Source of the DNA: a bacterium
Lineage (GTDB): Bacteria > Patescibacteriota > Dojkabacteria > B142 > OLB20
DNA: 64,000 bases
Assembly (NCBI GenBank): GCA_021463645.1
Contig: JAJTYI010000006.1
Coordinates: forward strand, 181,692 to 245,691
Direction of reading: 5' to 3'
The notes beneath the pieces were generated by a model. The model was not told the DNA's origin, did not search any database, and was given only the letters and a program-made list of their open reading frames with translations. The position numbers and the translations under genes were made by a program. Below, one piece after another: positions 19,144-29,239 of this stretch (position 1 is the first letter of the stretch; every line of letters starts with the position of its first letter).

Positions 19144-21630
19144 ATGTTTGTATCCACGCCTACCTATTCGAAAAATTATATATTAAATATCTCTCAAGTA
19201 AGTGAGTATGAATTGCCCTACGCGGGCGAAAAAGCACTAAATCTCTCTAACCTAAGTAGAATCGGTGCACCAATCCCTTCGGGTTTTGTTATTGCCAGTA
19301 AAACTTTCGATGATTTACTTTTTGCAAATAACCTAATAACAAAAATTAATGAGGTAAACAAACATATTTATCAACATACTTTGAGCACCAAGAGAGCAGA
19401 ACCTATGATTAAAAGAATGATGCTTGGAGCGAAATTTCCAAGACTGATGCAGGAAAGCCTATTACGTGCCTACAACCTATTAACTAATGGCAGTAGGATA
19501 CCCATTAGAATGGAGGTCTCTTCTATAAATCCTGAATTGAAGGAGTCCATAAAAGATAATCCTGAAAATATCATATTGTCAGATAGTTTTGAAGAATTTT
19601 TGGAGAAATTGAAGATTACATGGATGGAGCTATTTACTCAGGAATCTTTGGATTTTAGATTAAACTCAAAATACAAAGGTGTTCTATCGATGGCGGTATT
19701 AGCTACTAAATTTATACAACCTGAGATTTCAGGACGTTCCTATACGATGTCTATTGATAATGCTAATCCAGATTTTGTGGAAAGTAGGGTGGTCTATGGC
19801 CTATCTCCGGAAGCATTTTTCCATCACAAATTCCCTGATAGGTATTTAGTTGATAGAAAATCCGAACAAATAGTATTAAGAAATCTAATGAAACAAGATT
19901 GGATGTACGTTAGAAGAAATGGGAAGATCGTAAGAGTACAAATAGAATCCGATAGACAAAACAAACCAAAACTTGGGGATGTAGAGATATTGAAGCTTGC
20001 CAGAACTGTAGATAAGCTCAAAGAGAGCTTCAAAAATGAATTGAAAATTGATTGGATGTACAATTCGGGGAAAGTCCTCTTTACTGATATGTCGCGATTG
20101 AGGGAGGATGACGTGGTTGAAGCTAGAAAGCTTCTGATTGGTAAGAATTCTGCAGAAACTGTGAAGCAAACGATTCCGATGTCTCTCGAAAGATTTGATT
20201 TACATCCAATTGATCAGCTTACTAAGCTAACGCAAGGCGAGGGAAACGATAGGGGATTGGTTTATGGGAGGGTAAAACTAATCAGAAATAGCGAAGATCT
20301 TGAAAATGCGAAAGCAGTAAATATTCTGGTGATGAACAAATTTCCAAAGAGATTTGACTTGAGCAATATTCAATACAGAGGTCTGGTTTTCCAGGATAAA
20401 ATTAAACATGATGTTTCGCATATTCCAACGTTGTTTGCTGCAAAAGACGTCACCGAATTAGTTCTGGACAATGAAGTTGTTACGATAGACACGGACTCTG
20501 GAATCATGTATTTAGGTGCAGGCTTTCGTCCAGTAGTGAAAAAGGAAAGCGCGATTATTAAAGATTCGATTAGACCAAATACCGTAAATACAAAACAGAT
20601 AAATGTTACCATGCAAAGCCCAGTAACTCATGGATTGTTCAAAACTAACCTACTTGGTAATACGACTGCAGAGTCTTGGCTTCCAGAGGAAAGGCAGGTA
20701 AATAACCCCAATAATGATGTTCAAAATCCAATTCAACAACCAAATATTACAAATATTAACATGACGGAGGAGTGGTTCCTCAAGCCACCCGTATTTGTCG
20801 ACGAGGATATTGCCGAGTCGGGTTGTGAGTATCTTCAGATTGTGAATGTTGAAAATCCAAAAATTTTAAATAATGCAAATGGAGTCTATTTTAGGATGAG
20901 TTCTATATTGAGATCTCTAGACATAGATAAGTATGAGCTTGTCAGAAATCTACATATGAAAAGAAAATTTATCGATTTTCTAGAGGGATACTTCACTCAA
21001 TATTCAAATACTGGAAAGGTAGTTATCTTGTTAGATGTAGTCGAGAATTCAAAACAACTTCTTGCGGAGACTGAGGTGCTTGAATTTCAATTGGAATTAA
21101 TAAAAAGCCTTAAATATAAAACAGAGTTAAAGAATGTTTCAATAAATTTCCCAGATGTGCGTTTAAGTGACGAATTGACAGTATTGAAAAAGAACGCAAT
21201 ATCCTCGGGTATTCGCAGGTCGTCCACGTTTAAGATGTTCGTTGAAGTAGCCTCTCCATTGGCAGGAATCTCTGTAAACAAGATTGCAGATGAAGGTGTA
21301 GACTCCATAGTAATAGATTTAGAAAAATTAAATACAAATTTGGGATGTGAAAATTCGCGAAAACTATCAGAGGAGGTTCTTGATTTTGTAGTAGAGATTA
21401 TTAAGAAAGTTAAGAAGACAACTGTTCCTACTTATATTTCTGCGGACAACATTTCTCTGACTGACGATGATATAGAGACATTTATTGATTCAGGAGTAGT
21501 AAACTTCATTTTCCCGGAAGCTAAAATCACTCAATTGAGTCCAATACTCGAGAATATTGAAATAAAATCTTTAAAATCTAATAAGATCAAGAGGGGCAGG
21601 AAGAAGAAAGACATCAATTATGGTTTTTGA
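19144..21630 (+). CDS. Degenerate PEP synthase / pyruvate,water dikinase-like protein
   Basis: AGEKALNL..IPSGFVI N-terminal domain; swivel-domain-like GRVKLI...VVTID..SG; C-terminal TIM-barrel-like MFVEVASP. Confidence 0.7.
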   Translation: MFVSTPTYSKNYILNISQVSEYELPYAGEKALNLSNLSRIGAPIPSGFVIASKTFDDLLFANNLITKINEVNKHIYQHTLSTKRAEPMIKRMMLGAKFPRLMQESLLRAYNLLTNGSRIPIRMEVSSINPELKESIKDNPENIILSDSFEEFLEKLKITWMELFTQESLDFRLNSKYKGVLSMAVLATKFIQPEISGRSYTMSIDNANPDFVESRVVYGLSPEAFFHHKFPDRYLVDRKSEQIVLRNLMKQDWMYVRRNGKIVRVQIESDRQNKPKLGDVEILKLARTVDKLKESFKNELKIDWMYNSGKVLFTDMSRLREDDVVEARKLLIGKNSAETVKQTIPMSLERFDLHPIDQLTKLTQGEGNDRGLVYGRVKLIRNSEDLENAKAVNILVMNKFPKRFDLSNIQYRGLVFQDKIKHDVSHIPTLFAAKDVTELVLDNEVVTIDTDSGIMYLGAGFRPVVKKESAIIKDSIRPNTVNTKQINVTMQSPVTHGLFKTNLLGNTTAESWLPEERQVNNPNNDVQNPIQQPNITNINMTEEWFLKPPVFVDEDIAESGCEYLQIVNVENPKILNNANGVYFRMSSILRSLDIDKYELVRNLHMKRKFIDFLEGYFTQYSNTGKVVILLDVVENSKQLLAETEVLEFQLELIKSLKYKTELKNVSINFPDVRLSDELTVLKKNAISSGIRRSSTFKMFVEVASPLAGISVNKIADEGVDSIVIDLEKLNTNLGCENSRKLSEEVLDFVVEIIKKVKKTTVPTYISADNISLTDDDIETFIDSGVVNFIFPEAKITQLSPILENIEIKSLKSNKIKRGRKKKDINYGF

Positions 21631-21635
21631 GGTAG

Positions 21636-22499
21636 TTAAATTGGAGCTTGGATGTTATTTTTCTCACCAAATCCAAAGAAATATCCTTTCTCAAGCGAGA
21701 CTTTCTCAATATCTATTGTATAGTCAACGACTTCAAGGCGATTATTAACTGTTATCGTGGCTTTCTTTGTAACTTGTTGGCTAAGTTCATTAATGGTTTT
21801 ACTACTAGTTACAATCTGTTTGTAGTCAGTACCTCTAGTCGATTCTTGAATAGATTTCTCTTGTTGAGATTTTACTTCATCTACCACCCTAATCAGTTTT
21901 GATTGGCCAAATCTTGGTTTACTATCTAGGTTCCAGTTCCCAGAAGAATTCAAAACATAAAGGTTGTCGGCAATATGGATTGTAGTAGCAGGAGGTTTAG
22001 AAATGAATGAGTTTTCGCATATTTCTGCATAATAACTATTATATTCCTTGTCAGGGTTATCGCTTTCTAGATAATTTCCATAGCAATTACGGTCTTTGTA
22101 GGAAGTAAAAACTGAATTAGATTTAAAATTGTTCTTTTCAAGAGCTACAGTTCTTGCAGTATCTATCATTTCGTCTACATCACAATTTCGGAAACATTCT
22201 AATCGTGCATTATCTGTTTCTTCTGGAGACTGAGTTGGTTTCAGGGATGGCTTAATGGTCGCTATCGGAGTAGTATTCGCACTCCTTGTCGGAATCACGA
22301 CTGGAGTTACGGGTTTATCATTTCCGGCTGATGCTAGAGCAACAATGAGTAGTAAAACATTTAACACGATGCTTATTACAAGCATTATCGCTAAATTTCG
22401 TGGCTTCAGGATAGTAGTTTTTAAGCTGGGCAATTCTGTTCCAGAATGATTTTCGTCAGTAGCAATATTGTTTAGTTCAATTTTTGAGGAAATTGACAT
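21636..22499 (-). CDS. Hypothetical membrane-anchored protein
   Basis: Single N-proximal TM followed by a P/T-rich linker. Confidence 0.7.
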   Translation of the reverse strand: MSISSKIELNNIATDENHSGTELPSLKTTILKPRNLAIMLVISIVLNVLLLIVALASAGNDKPVTPVVIPTRSANTTPIATIKPSLKPTQSPEETDNARLECFRNCDVDEMIDTARTVALEKNNFKSNSVFTSYKDRNCYGNYLESDNPDKEYNSYYAEICENSFISKPPATTIHIADNLYVLNSSGNWNLDSKPRFGQSKLIRVVDEVKSQQEKSIQESTRGTDYKQIVTSSKTINELSQQVTKKATITVNNRLEVVDYTIDIEKVSLEKGYFFGFGEKNNIQAPI

Positions 22500-22515
22500 T
22501 TTTCTAATACTGGAT

Positions 22516-23154
22516 TTATAAAAGTTCTCGTCTTTTATCTAGTAAGAAAATTTTAATTGCAACAGCTAAGCTCACTATTCCGGAGATAAGAATGGCACCA
22601 CCTAGTATGCCTCTGCTTGGCATATAATCTGATAGTGCTGTATTTGGAAGAACTGTAACATTACTACTTGTTCCGAAAACATATGATCCTAATACGCCAC
22701 TCTTGGGTTCTGTGAGGACACTTCCGGTTACATAACCATTTTCTTCACCACCTTCTATTGTGAATGTACCACCTGATGAGCTCAGGCTTGCAACAGTGAT
22801 TGAGCCTAGTGCTGTTCCGTTTGTGATGGGGCTGCTTGTACTTGCAAGGTCTACACATACTTCGTATTTAGTAGTGCTTATAGATCTTGAGGTAGATCCG
22901 TTTGAGTCACAGACTCCTATTGACAGTAGATTCCCACCTGATCCGCTAAAACTAACTACTTTTGCATTATTAACGATAAGTCGAATTTGTATAGTAGTTG
23001 TTGGTGTGTTTGAGTTTGAAGTGATATTTATTGTTTTGTTCCCTGAGACTGGAAATGTTCCGCTACCAGGGGACAGAGTCAATGCTGACAAACTTACAGG
23101 GTTCAGAACCAAAGCTGAAAGTGTCAATATTATGGTGATTAATAATTTTTTCAT
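22516..23154 (-). CDS. Exported cohesin-like protein with LPxTA sorting-like C-terminus
   Basis: Signal peptide; TIQIRL...SIGVCD...VCVDLA...LGSITV; LPNTA, TM helix and KRR tail. Confidence 0.55.
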   Translation of the reverse strand: MKKLLITIILTLSALVLNPVSLSALTLSPGSGTFPVSGNKTINITSNSNTPTTTIQIRLIVNNAKVVSFSGSGGNLLSIGVCDSNGSTSRSISTTKYEVCVDLASTSSPITNGTALGSITVASLSSSGGTFTIEGGEENGYVTGSVLTEPKSGVLGSYVFGTSSNVTVLPNTALSDYMPSRGILGGAILISGIVSLAVAIKIFLLDKRRELL

Positions 23155-23218
23155 GGCAGAAATTTTATGGATAATATATATAGAATAAGTAATTCCTGAA
23201 AATTTGTAAAGGAATACT

Positions 23219-23437
23219 TTAAGAAAAAAAGGGGATTGAGTTGAGTATATTTATTAGTAATGTTGAAATCCTAGATATTATCAAAACAAACTCGTATTGT
23301 ACAATAAATATTGTGATTAAAGTTACATAAACTAGTAGTAGAACAGTCGTGAAAATAAATTTAAAAACTGAACTTATCAATCCAAAAATTGAGACAGAGT
23401 TCAGTAAGATTTTAATATTTTCTAATAGGTTATGCAT
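23219..23437 (-). CDS. Small hypothetical membrane protein
   Basis: 72-aa hydrophobic ORF filling an intergenic gap. Confidence 0.45.
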   Translation of the reverse strand: MHNLLENIKILLNSVSIFGLISSVFKFIFTTVLLLVYVTLITIFIVQYEFVLIISRISTLLINILNSIPFFS

Positions 23438-23526
23438 ATTGTCTCTATTATGAATAATATTTCTAAGCTTATCAAGTAAGATTGTCCAGTGTATAATAAA
23501 AAATACCTAAAATCTCATAAATTGAT

Positions 23527-24174
23527 ATGCCTTTTATAAAACATCAAATCTTTGGAAAATTGATCTTCACCAAAACGTTCTGGTTGCTAACGTTCTCGGA
23601 CTTATTTACCTGGGGATTTTATTTGATTATTGCAACATTGTCAGGAATATATCTAGAACACAAGCTGGGTGAGGATGTAATCAAAATTGTCGGAATTGGT
23701 GGTGCGATTTACTATGTGATTAGAGGAGTACTACAAATACCTATAAGTAAGGTTCTTGATCGAATCAAAAATGATAAAGATGAGATTTTTGTTCTAACCT
23801 TTGGCTGTGTTTTGATGGGCTTACCATTCCTCTTCTATCCCACATTAACTTCTGCCAATCAATACTATGTCCTTCAAATAATATTTAGTCTTGGAGTTGC
23901 TATGAACTTGAATCCCTGGAGGAAATTGTTTGCTACCAATCTCGAAGCAGGTAGAGAAGCGAGAGAGTATGCTGTATATGACATGGTGAACAGTTTGTTT
24001 ATTGCACTGTCCATATTCTTCGTAGGTCAAATTGCAAATATCAATCAATTTTATTTTGATGTAGTAATGGTAAGTCTGGGACTGCTTGTGATGACTGGTG
24101 GACTTTGGGCTGCACTAATTACTACAGATACAACAAGAAAAAGTGCAAATGATCACGAAAAAAAGAAACCCTAA
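23527..24174 (+). CDS. Half-size (6-TM) MFS-like transporter
   Basis: Six hydrophobic segments; motif-A-like SKVLDRIK. Confidence 0.6.
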   Translation: MPFIKHQIFGKLIFTKTFWLLTFSDLFTWGFYLIIATLSGIYLEHKLGEDVIKIVGIGGAIYYVIRGVLQIPISKVLDRIKNDKDEIFVLTFGCVLMGLPFLFYPTLTSANQYYVLQIIFSLGVAMNLNPWRKLFATNLEAGREAREYAVYDMVNSLFIALSIFFVGQIANINQFYFDVVMVSLGLLVMTGGLWAALITTDTTRKSANDHEKKKP

Positions 24175-25166
24175 CCCCCATAAACATTAATGATTATTCC
24201 TGCTGGGATCTGTCTGTATGCAGCTTGTGGATGTTGACCTACACCATCAGCCATTTGAACTAAGTTATTTCCAACTCTATAAATCCCTCGCACAAAATGT
24301 GATTTGTACTCGTCCGATAACGCATAGGGGACTAATAAACCATGTTTAGTATGCCCTCCGTGCGTATGCCCACATAAAAACCTAACATTTTTAACAAATT
24401 CGCCAAGTCTAGCAATATCTACAATACTCGCATTATGAGTTGCAACAATTTGTGGTCCATCGTATAAACATAGGGCTGTAGCGATTTCCTGTATTTGTGT
24501 TGGTGAATAATAATCACTGAATTGGGTAAAATCCGGCAAACCAAGAATGGGGATTGGGAAATCTCCATTGTAAAATTCACTATTTATATCTAAAAGTTGA
24601 ATTCCTGAATGCGTTAAATATTTCATTAATTCTATTCTTTGCGCATGCTTATGATCATGGTTCCCAAGAACGCCGACACGATGTTTTGCTTTCAAATCTT
24701 GCAGGATTTCTAACATAAGTGGGACATCTTTTATATCCGTTTCTCCATTGTTGGGTGCTTGAATGTGGAATCTGGGTTTCTCTTCTTTTGACAACCAATC
24801 ACCCGTCATAATAAAAGCAGTCGTATCTGGGGTTGCTCCTAATTGGTGTGTGGTCTGATTAATTTTTCCAATAATAGTATCTAATACCTGAGCATTTACA
24901 TATGCTTCTGCTCCTCCAAAATGAAGGTCAGTTAAATGAATCACAAAGGCACGCTGAGTCATACCTGGAACTTTATGGTATATTACGTCAATAATTGGAT
25001 TAGAGGGGTCGTACTCAGAAAATCCTTTAATTTCTCTACCAACAAAAAAAGTGGCGAATCCTGCAAGTGATAATCCAAAGACTTTTATTGCCTCTCGTCG
25101 AGATATTCCTATTTTTTTATCTTCCTTATCCACAATTGATTTATTGATTATACGAACGAGGGACAA
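24171..25166 (-). CDS. Metallophosphoesterase with twin-arginine-like N-terminus
   Basis: DLH, GD, GNHD, H, GHTHGG; SRREAIK followed by a hydrophobic stretch. Confidence 0.88.
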   Translation of the reverse strand: MSLVRIINKSIVDKEDKKIGISRREAIKVFGLSLAGFATFFVGREIKGFSEYDPSNPIIDVIYHKVPGMTQRAFVIHLTDLHFGGAEAYVNAQVLDTIIGKINQTTHQLGATPDTTAFIMTGDWLSKEEKPRFHIQAPNNGETDIKDVPLMLEILQDLKAKHRVGVLGNHDHKHAQRIELMKYLTHSGIQLLDINSEFYNGDFPIPILGLPDFTQFSDYYSPTQIQEIATALCLYDGPQIVATHNASIVDIARLGEFVKNVRFLCGHTHGGHTKHGLLVPYALSDEYKSHFVRGIYRVGNNLVQMADGVGQHPQAAYRQIPAGIIINVYGG

Positions 25167-26094
25167 ATCCTATTGAATATATATCAGGCCTGACTCTCCT
25201 CGGTGGATGAAGTGGATGAGCACCTAAGCCGGATGAGTTAATAACTGTTTTGTTTCCTCTGAGACTTAAAGACGATTTTACAAATTCGACATTCTTAATT
25301 TTCGCGCCAAACAATGCGATTCGACCTAATTTATTAGCGATCCAGTTGTAGTCCATATCATAACCTGATAAGTGAGAATGTCCTGTTAATATTAATGACT
25401 GAATATCAGGCGGAATCATTTGTGAAAGATGAACAATCGAGTCAGGATGATGGGCAACAAAAACAAGCTGCTTAGCGTCCTGAGGAATCAAACTTCTCAT
25501 GAATGGTAATGATAACTTGTGCCAGGTTTGATATTGGGGCTGAGTGTAGTCTGGGATTCCTATTATTGGTATCTCCCCAATATATGATGTTTCAAACGGT
25601 GTCAGAAATTTCACACCTAGATTCTGTAGTCTTGGTTTATATTGTGAATTCCAATAAGGATGTTCGAGGTCGTGATTCCCTTCTACGGATATGATTGGAA
25701 TACCTAGATTCGATATTCTACTAAGTAATTCTAATAATTTTGGAAATATTGGGACTGAACTTCCGAAGTCCACAGGTGTAAATATTTTATTTATATAATC
25801 ACCACCTATAAGAAGCCCGGAGTTCTGAACACCTGTTAATTCTTGAACAATTTTTCCAAAAATAAATTCTAGGGCTTCTGGTCCTGAATATTTACCATTC
25901 CTTATATGGAGGTCAGACATAAATACCATTTTGTGTGGCTCCGATACGTCGGTAATTAAATCATGTCTTCTAATTTCTAGTTGTTGATAATCATATTCTG
26001 GGCTGCTCAGTACTGAGGCTAGTAGAAATAATGGTCTGAGAAACAGCTTTGCGGCATCATTTTTATCTATGAATGGGATTCCCTGTTCTTCCAT
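25141..26094 (-). CDS. Metallophosphoesterase
   Basis: SDLH, GGD, GNHD, HHPD, GHSH. Confidence 0.88.
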   Translation of the reverse strand: MEEQGIPFIDKNDAAKLFLRPLFLLASVLSSPEYDYQQLEIRRHDLITDVSEPHKMVFMSDLHIRNGKYSGPEALEFIFGKIVQELTGVQNSGLLIGGDYINKIFTPVDFGSSVPIFPKLLELLSRISNLGIPIISVEGNHDLEHPYWNSQYKPRLQNLGVKFLTPFETSYIGEIPIIGIPDYTQPQYQTWHKLSLPFMRSLIPQDAKQLVFVAHHPDSIVHLSQMIPPDIQSLILTGHSHLSGYDMDYNWIANKLGRIALFGAKIKNVEFVKSSLSLRGNKTVINSSGLGAHPLHPPRRVRPDIYSIGFVPRSYNQ

Positions 26095-26163
26095 TTTCAA
26101 TACCAATATTTAGTAAGCAAATCCGACTTTATCAAAATTGACTATTGATAGTAAAGAGAAAAA

Positions 26164-26724
26164 TTAATTTAGGAAGAGGGTTTTGAGTTTAATAAATTTT
26201 TCGGGGTCACTTTTGGCTTGCATTACTTCAAACTTACACTCCACGTCCCTAAAAGTATCTTCCATAACATATGTGTTAATAAAGTCATCAAAAGAAACGT
26301 ACATGAGTTCAATTTTTTCACCAACCTCTAATTTTTGATCACTAACTTTTTTTACACCTTTGGCAATGTAGACATAAATATCCCATTGTATTTTCTCGAA
26401 GGGGGATTCTTTGTACCATAGGGTAAAGTCTTCGGCAGTATATCCTGATTCTTCAAGTAGTTCTCGTTTAATTGCCTCAAGTGGTGTCTCTCCTGGGTCA
26501 ACTCTTCCTCCTATGAGACCGACTTTTGGTTTACCTCCTGGTTGTTGCTCTCGTGAGATAATCAGATTCCCATTTTCGTCAACAGGTATGACTTCTACAG
26601 TATCAGGTCTATCGATCATCTCAAAAGTCTTGAAACTACCATCGAACATTTCTTGTTCCCATTGGTAAACATCAAAAACCTTTCCAGAGAACACTTTCTT
26701 TGCTACCTTCGGTATTTTCCCCAT
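26164..26724 (-). CDS. NUDIX hydrolase (ADP-ribose pyrophosphatase-like)
   Basis: Nudix box GGRVDPGETPLEAIKRELLEESG. Confidence 0.92.
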   Translation of the reverse strand: MGKIPKVAKKVFSGKVFDVYQWEQEMFDGSFKTFEMIDRPDTVEVIPVDENGNLIISREQQPGGKPKVGLIGGRVDPGETPLEAIKRELLEESGYTAEDFTLWYKESPFEKIQWDIYVYIAKGVKKVSDQKLEVGEKIELMYVSFDDFINTYVMEDTFRDVECKFEVMQAKSDPEKFIKLKTLFLN

Positions 26725-27710
26725 TATAGATATGTGTAAAATTCATTTAATATCTCATCCTCAATTTCGATTTCATCATCAGCAAGGTTTTCGTCTCTCT
26801 GTGCCAATGTATGCATACCTGGTAAGCGAACTTTCTCGCCATCTTTCGTTTTTGCATTCTCGACACGGTAGATGAATTCGTCCATTCTGGATTTGAATTC
26901 GGTAGTGGACATAAACAGTTCTGGCGATATTGCTATAAACATATTTCCCCAATCTTTCTCTTGATGTTGATCAATAAAGCTTGAACCTGCTAATACACCA
27001 GCCAAAATCTCAACTATCATAGCTAAGCCGGAACCTTTATAAGAATTGTCAAAACTATGCACAGAACCCTCAAGTGCGTCGTCTGGGTTTGTCGTTGGGT
27101 TACCAGATTTATCCAAGGCGATGTTTTCAGGGAGTTTATCACCTGTTGTTGATGCGATTAAAACATCGCCGTAAGTGATCGCAGATGTAGCCATGTCAAA
27201 TAATAGCGGTTTGCCGTTGGTTGGGAATCCATAACCCATTGGGTTCGTCCCAAATAATGCTTCTTTACTGTTGAAGGGAGCAATAAATGGAGCGGACTGT
27301 GACATAACTATCCCAATAAAATTATTACGAGCGATTTGTTCGAGATAATAAGTTAAACAACCAGATGTAGATAGTGTTCCCACTGAACTGACAAGACCAA
27401 TCTTGTTCTTTTTTGCTAACTCAATGGCTTTATTCATTGCTATGTGTCCAATCAAGATTCCTGGTTGGTGATGAGCGATTATCTGCGCGGAATTTTGTGT
27501 CTTATCAATTATCTCATAGGGCTCATCCCCAGTGTTCTTTAGTAGGTTCAAGTCGCCCTTAAATAATCTAACGATTCCATGGCTGAGCTTCCCAGACATC
27601 TGGCCAAACATTACAACGTTGGTAATCATGTTAGCTTCGTCGATGCTGTAACCTGCCTTAATTAGGGCCTGAAGAACTTGAGATTTTAATTCGGATACTT
27701 TTACTTTCAT
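26724..27710 (-). CDS. Ldh_2 family oxidoreductase (malate/L-lactate/sulfolactate/ureidoglycolate dehydrogenase-like)
   Basis: SHG, GTNP, FDMATS, YKGSGL, VRLPG. Confidence 0.9.
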   Translation of the reverse strand: MKVKVSELKSQVLQALIKAGYSIDEANMITNVVMFGQMSGKLSHGIVRLFKGDLNLLKNTGDEPYEIIDKTQNSAQIIAHHQPGILIGHIAMNKAIELAKKNKIGLVSSVGTLSTSGCLTYYLEQIARNNFIGIVMSQSAPFIAPFNSKEALFGTNPMGYGFPTNGKPLLFDMATSAITYGDVLIASTTGDKLPENIALDKSGNPTTNPDDALEGSVHSFDNSYKGSGLAMIVEILAGVLAGSSFIDQHQEKDWGNMFIAISPELFMSTTEFKSRMDEFIYRVENAKTKDGEKVRLPGMHTLAQRDENLADDEIEIEDEILNEFYTYL

Positions 27711-27715
27711 AATTT

Positions 27716-28630
27716 TTAAGTTATTAAACTAATCCAAAATATACTCACAACAAAGAATAACATACTGTTTAGTAGTATCGAAGCGATCGTTATATCCTTG
27801 TTTGTGTCGTAATTATCAGCAATTACTAAATTGAAGAATGCAGAAGGCATGCAAGCAATCACAACAGAAGCCTGAGCCGCAATTTCAGGAAGTGGAAATA
27901 TGTAATAGACAACGAGATATGTTGCCAAAGGTAATAGAATTAATTTATTAAATGCGACGACTAAGGGAAGTCGTATATTGCCGAGTATAGCTTTGTAAGA
28001 AAAACTCATTCCAAACGAAATGAAAATAAGTGGAGCAATAATTTCCCCAAATGACTGAGTGATATCCAATACTATATCTGGTAATGCAACATTAATTAGC
28101 ATAAAAATTAACCCTATTAGACTAGCGATTAAAAGAGGAGTTTTTATGAACTTTAAAATCTGCTTTCTTGCATCAAAGTTTTTGCCAGTCAGTTTACTAG
28201 TTAAGAACATTCCTAAAAAATCAACCGTGGTAATGAAAGAAGCGTAGATTACTCCGTAAGGTATATACTCACTTCCTAAGACTGTTGTTAGAACTGGGAA
28301 TCCAAAATAAATGGAATTTCCTACAAATGATGGAGTAATAGTACTTGCGATATCTTTTTTACTAATTCTTGTTTTGTTAACGATTGTGTAATAAACAAGA
28401 TAAAGTATTGCTATTATTGCAATGTTTACGAAAATATAGGGAATGAAAATTCTTACGTCTTCACGATTAAAATCAGAAAATGAACCCAGAAAAAATATTG
28501 GTAGAGCAACATAAAAAAGGAATTTATTAATTTCCTTAGGGAATTCTTTGGGCAGGATTTTTGTTTGACCCACAACGAAACCTATAATCGCGATAATGAT
28601 GAGGGGAAAAAGTGATTCTAAAACTGCCAT
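27716..28630 (-). CDS. AEC (auxin efflux carrier) family transporter
   Basis: YVALP, GNSIYFGFP, KLILLP, MPSA; ~10 TM. Confidence 0.9.
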   Translation of the reverse strand: MAVLESLFPLIIIAIIGFVVGQTKILPKEFPKEINKFLFYVALPIFFLGSFSDFNREDVRIFIPYIFVNIAIIAILYLVYYTIVNKTRISKKDIASTITPSFVGNSIYFGFPVLTTVLGSEYIPYGVIYASFITTVDFLGMFLTSKLTGKNFDARKQILKFIKTPLLIASLIGLIFMLINVALPDIVLDITQSFGEIIAPLIFISFGMSFSYKAILGNIRLPLVVAFNKLILLPLATYLVVYYIFPLPEIAAQASVVIACMPSAFFNLVIADNYDTNKDITIASILLNSMLFFVVSIFWISLIT

Positions 28631-28632
28631 GA

Positions 28633-29235
28633 TTAATCTTTTGAATTATTAATAAATTTACTAGCCTGCATATACATTAAAATATCATCAATGTATTTTT
28701 CTCTATATAGTATTCCTCCTGGAATTCTACCAACTTCTTCGAATCCAAGCTTTTCATAGAGATGTATTGCCTGTTCATTCTCTCCAAATACATTCAAGCG
28801 GACGATTTTTATACCCGGAACATTTTTAAGACCTTCTTTGATTACAATCCTTGCCATCATAAAGCCGATACCAGCATTACGATATTCGCTCTTTACACTA
28901 ATTCCAAATTCAGCAACGTGATTATCTCGCTTTCCGTTATATTTCCTTCTGTTAAATCCTGAGACAGCGACAAGTTCTTTGTCAACGAAACACAATAAAG
29001 TTACGCCATTTTGGGATTCCATTTCTTTGAAAACTCTGGTCAGAAATTCCTTTTCTTCTTCAAGGGTTATCTCTTGATTAAAAACGGTTATATACGTATC
29101 TTCTTTTGATAATTCGTTAATATATTCGGTGAGAGCAGTCAAATCATCCCACTTGGGATAGCGAATTAATGCCTTCTTTCCGGTTTTAGTTTTAAATTCG
29201 TGTGTTTGTTCGTCCAAGATTAATGTAGAAGTCAT
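28633..29235 (-). CDS. GNAT family N-acetyltransferase
   Basis: YRNAGIG; N..AIHLYEKLGF. Confidence 0.92.
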   Translation of the reverse strand: MTSTLILDEQTHEFKTKTGKKALIRYPKWDDLTALTEYINELSKEDTYITVFNQEITLEEEKEFLTRVFKEMESQNGVTLLCFVDKELVAVSGFNRRKYNGKRDNHVAEFGISVKSEYRNAGIGFMMARIVIKEGLKNVPGIKIVRLNVFGENEQAIHLYEKLGFEEVGRIPGGILYREKYIDDILMYMQASKFINNSKD

Positions 29236-29239
29236 TTTA

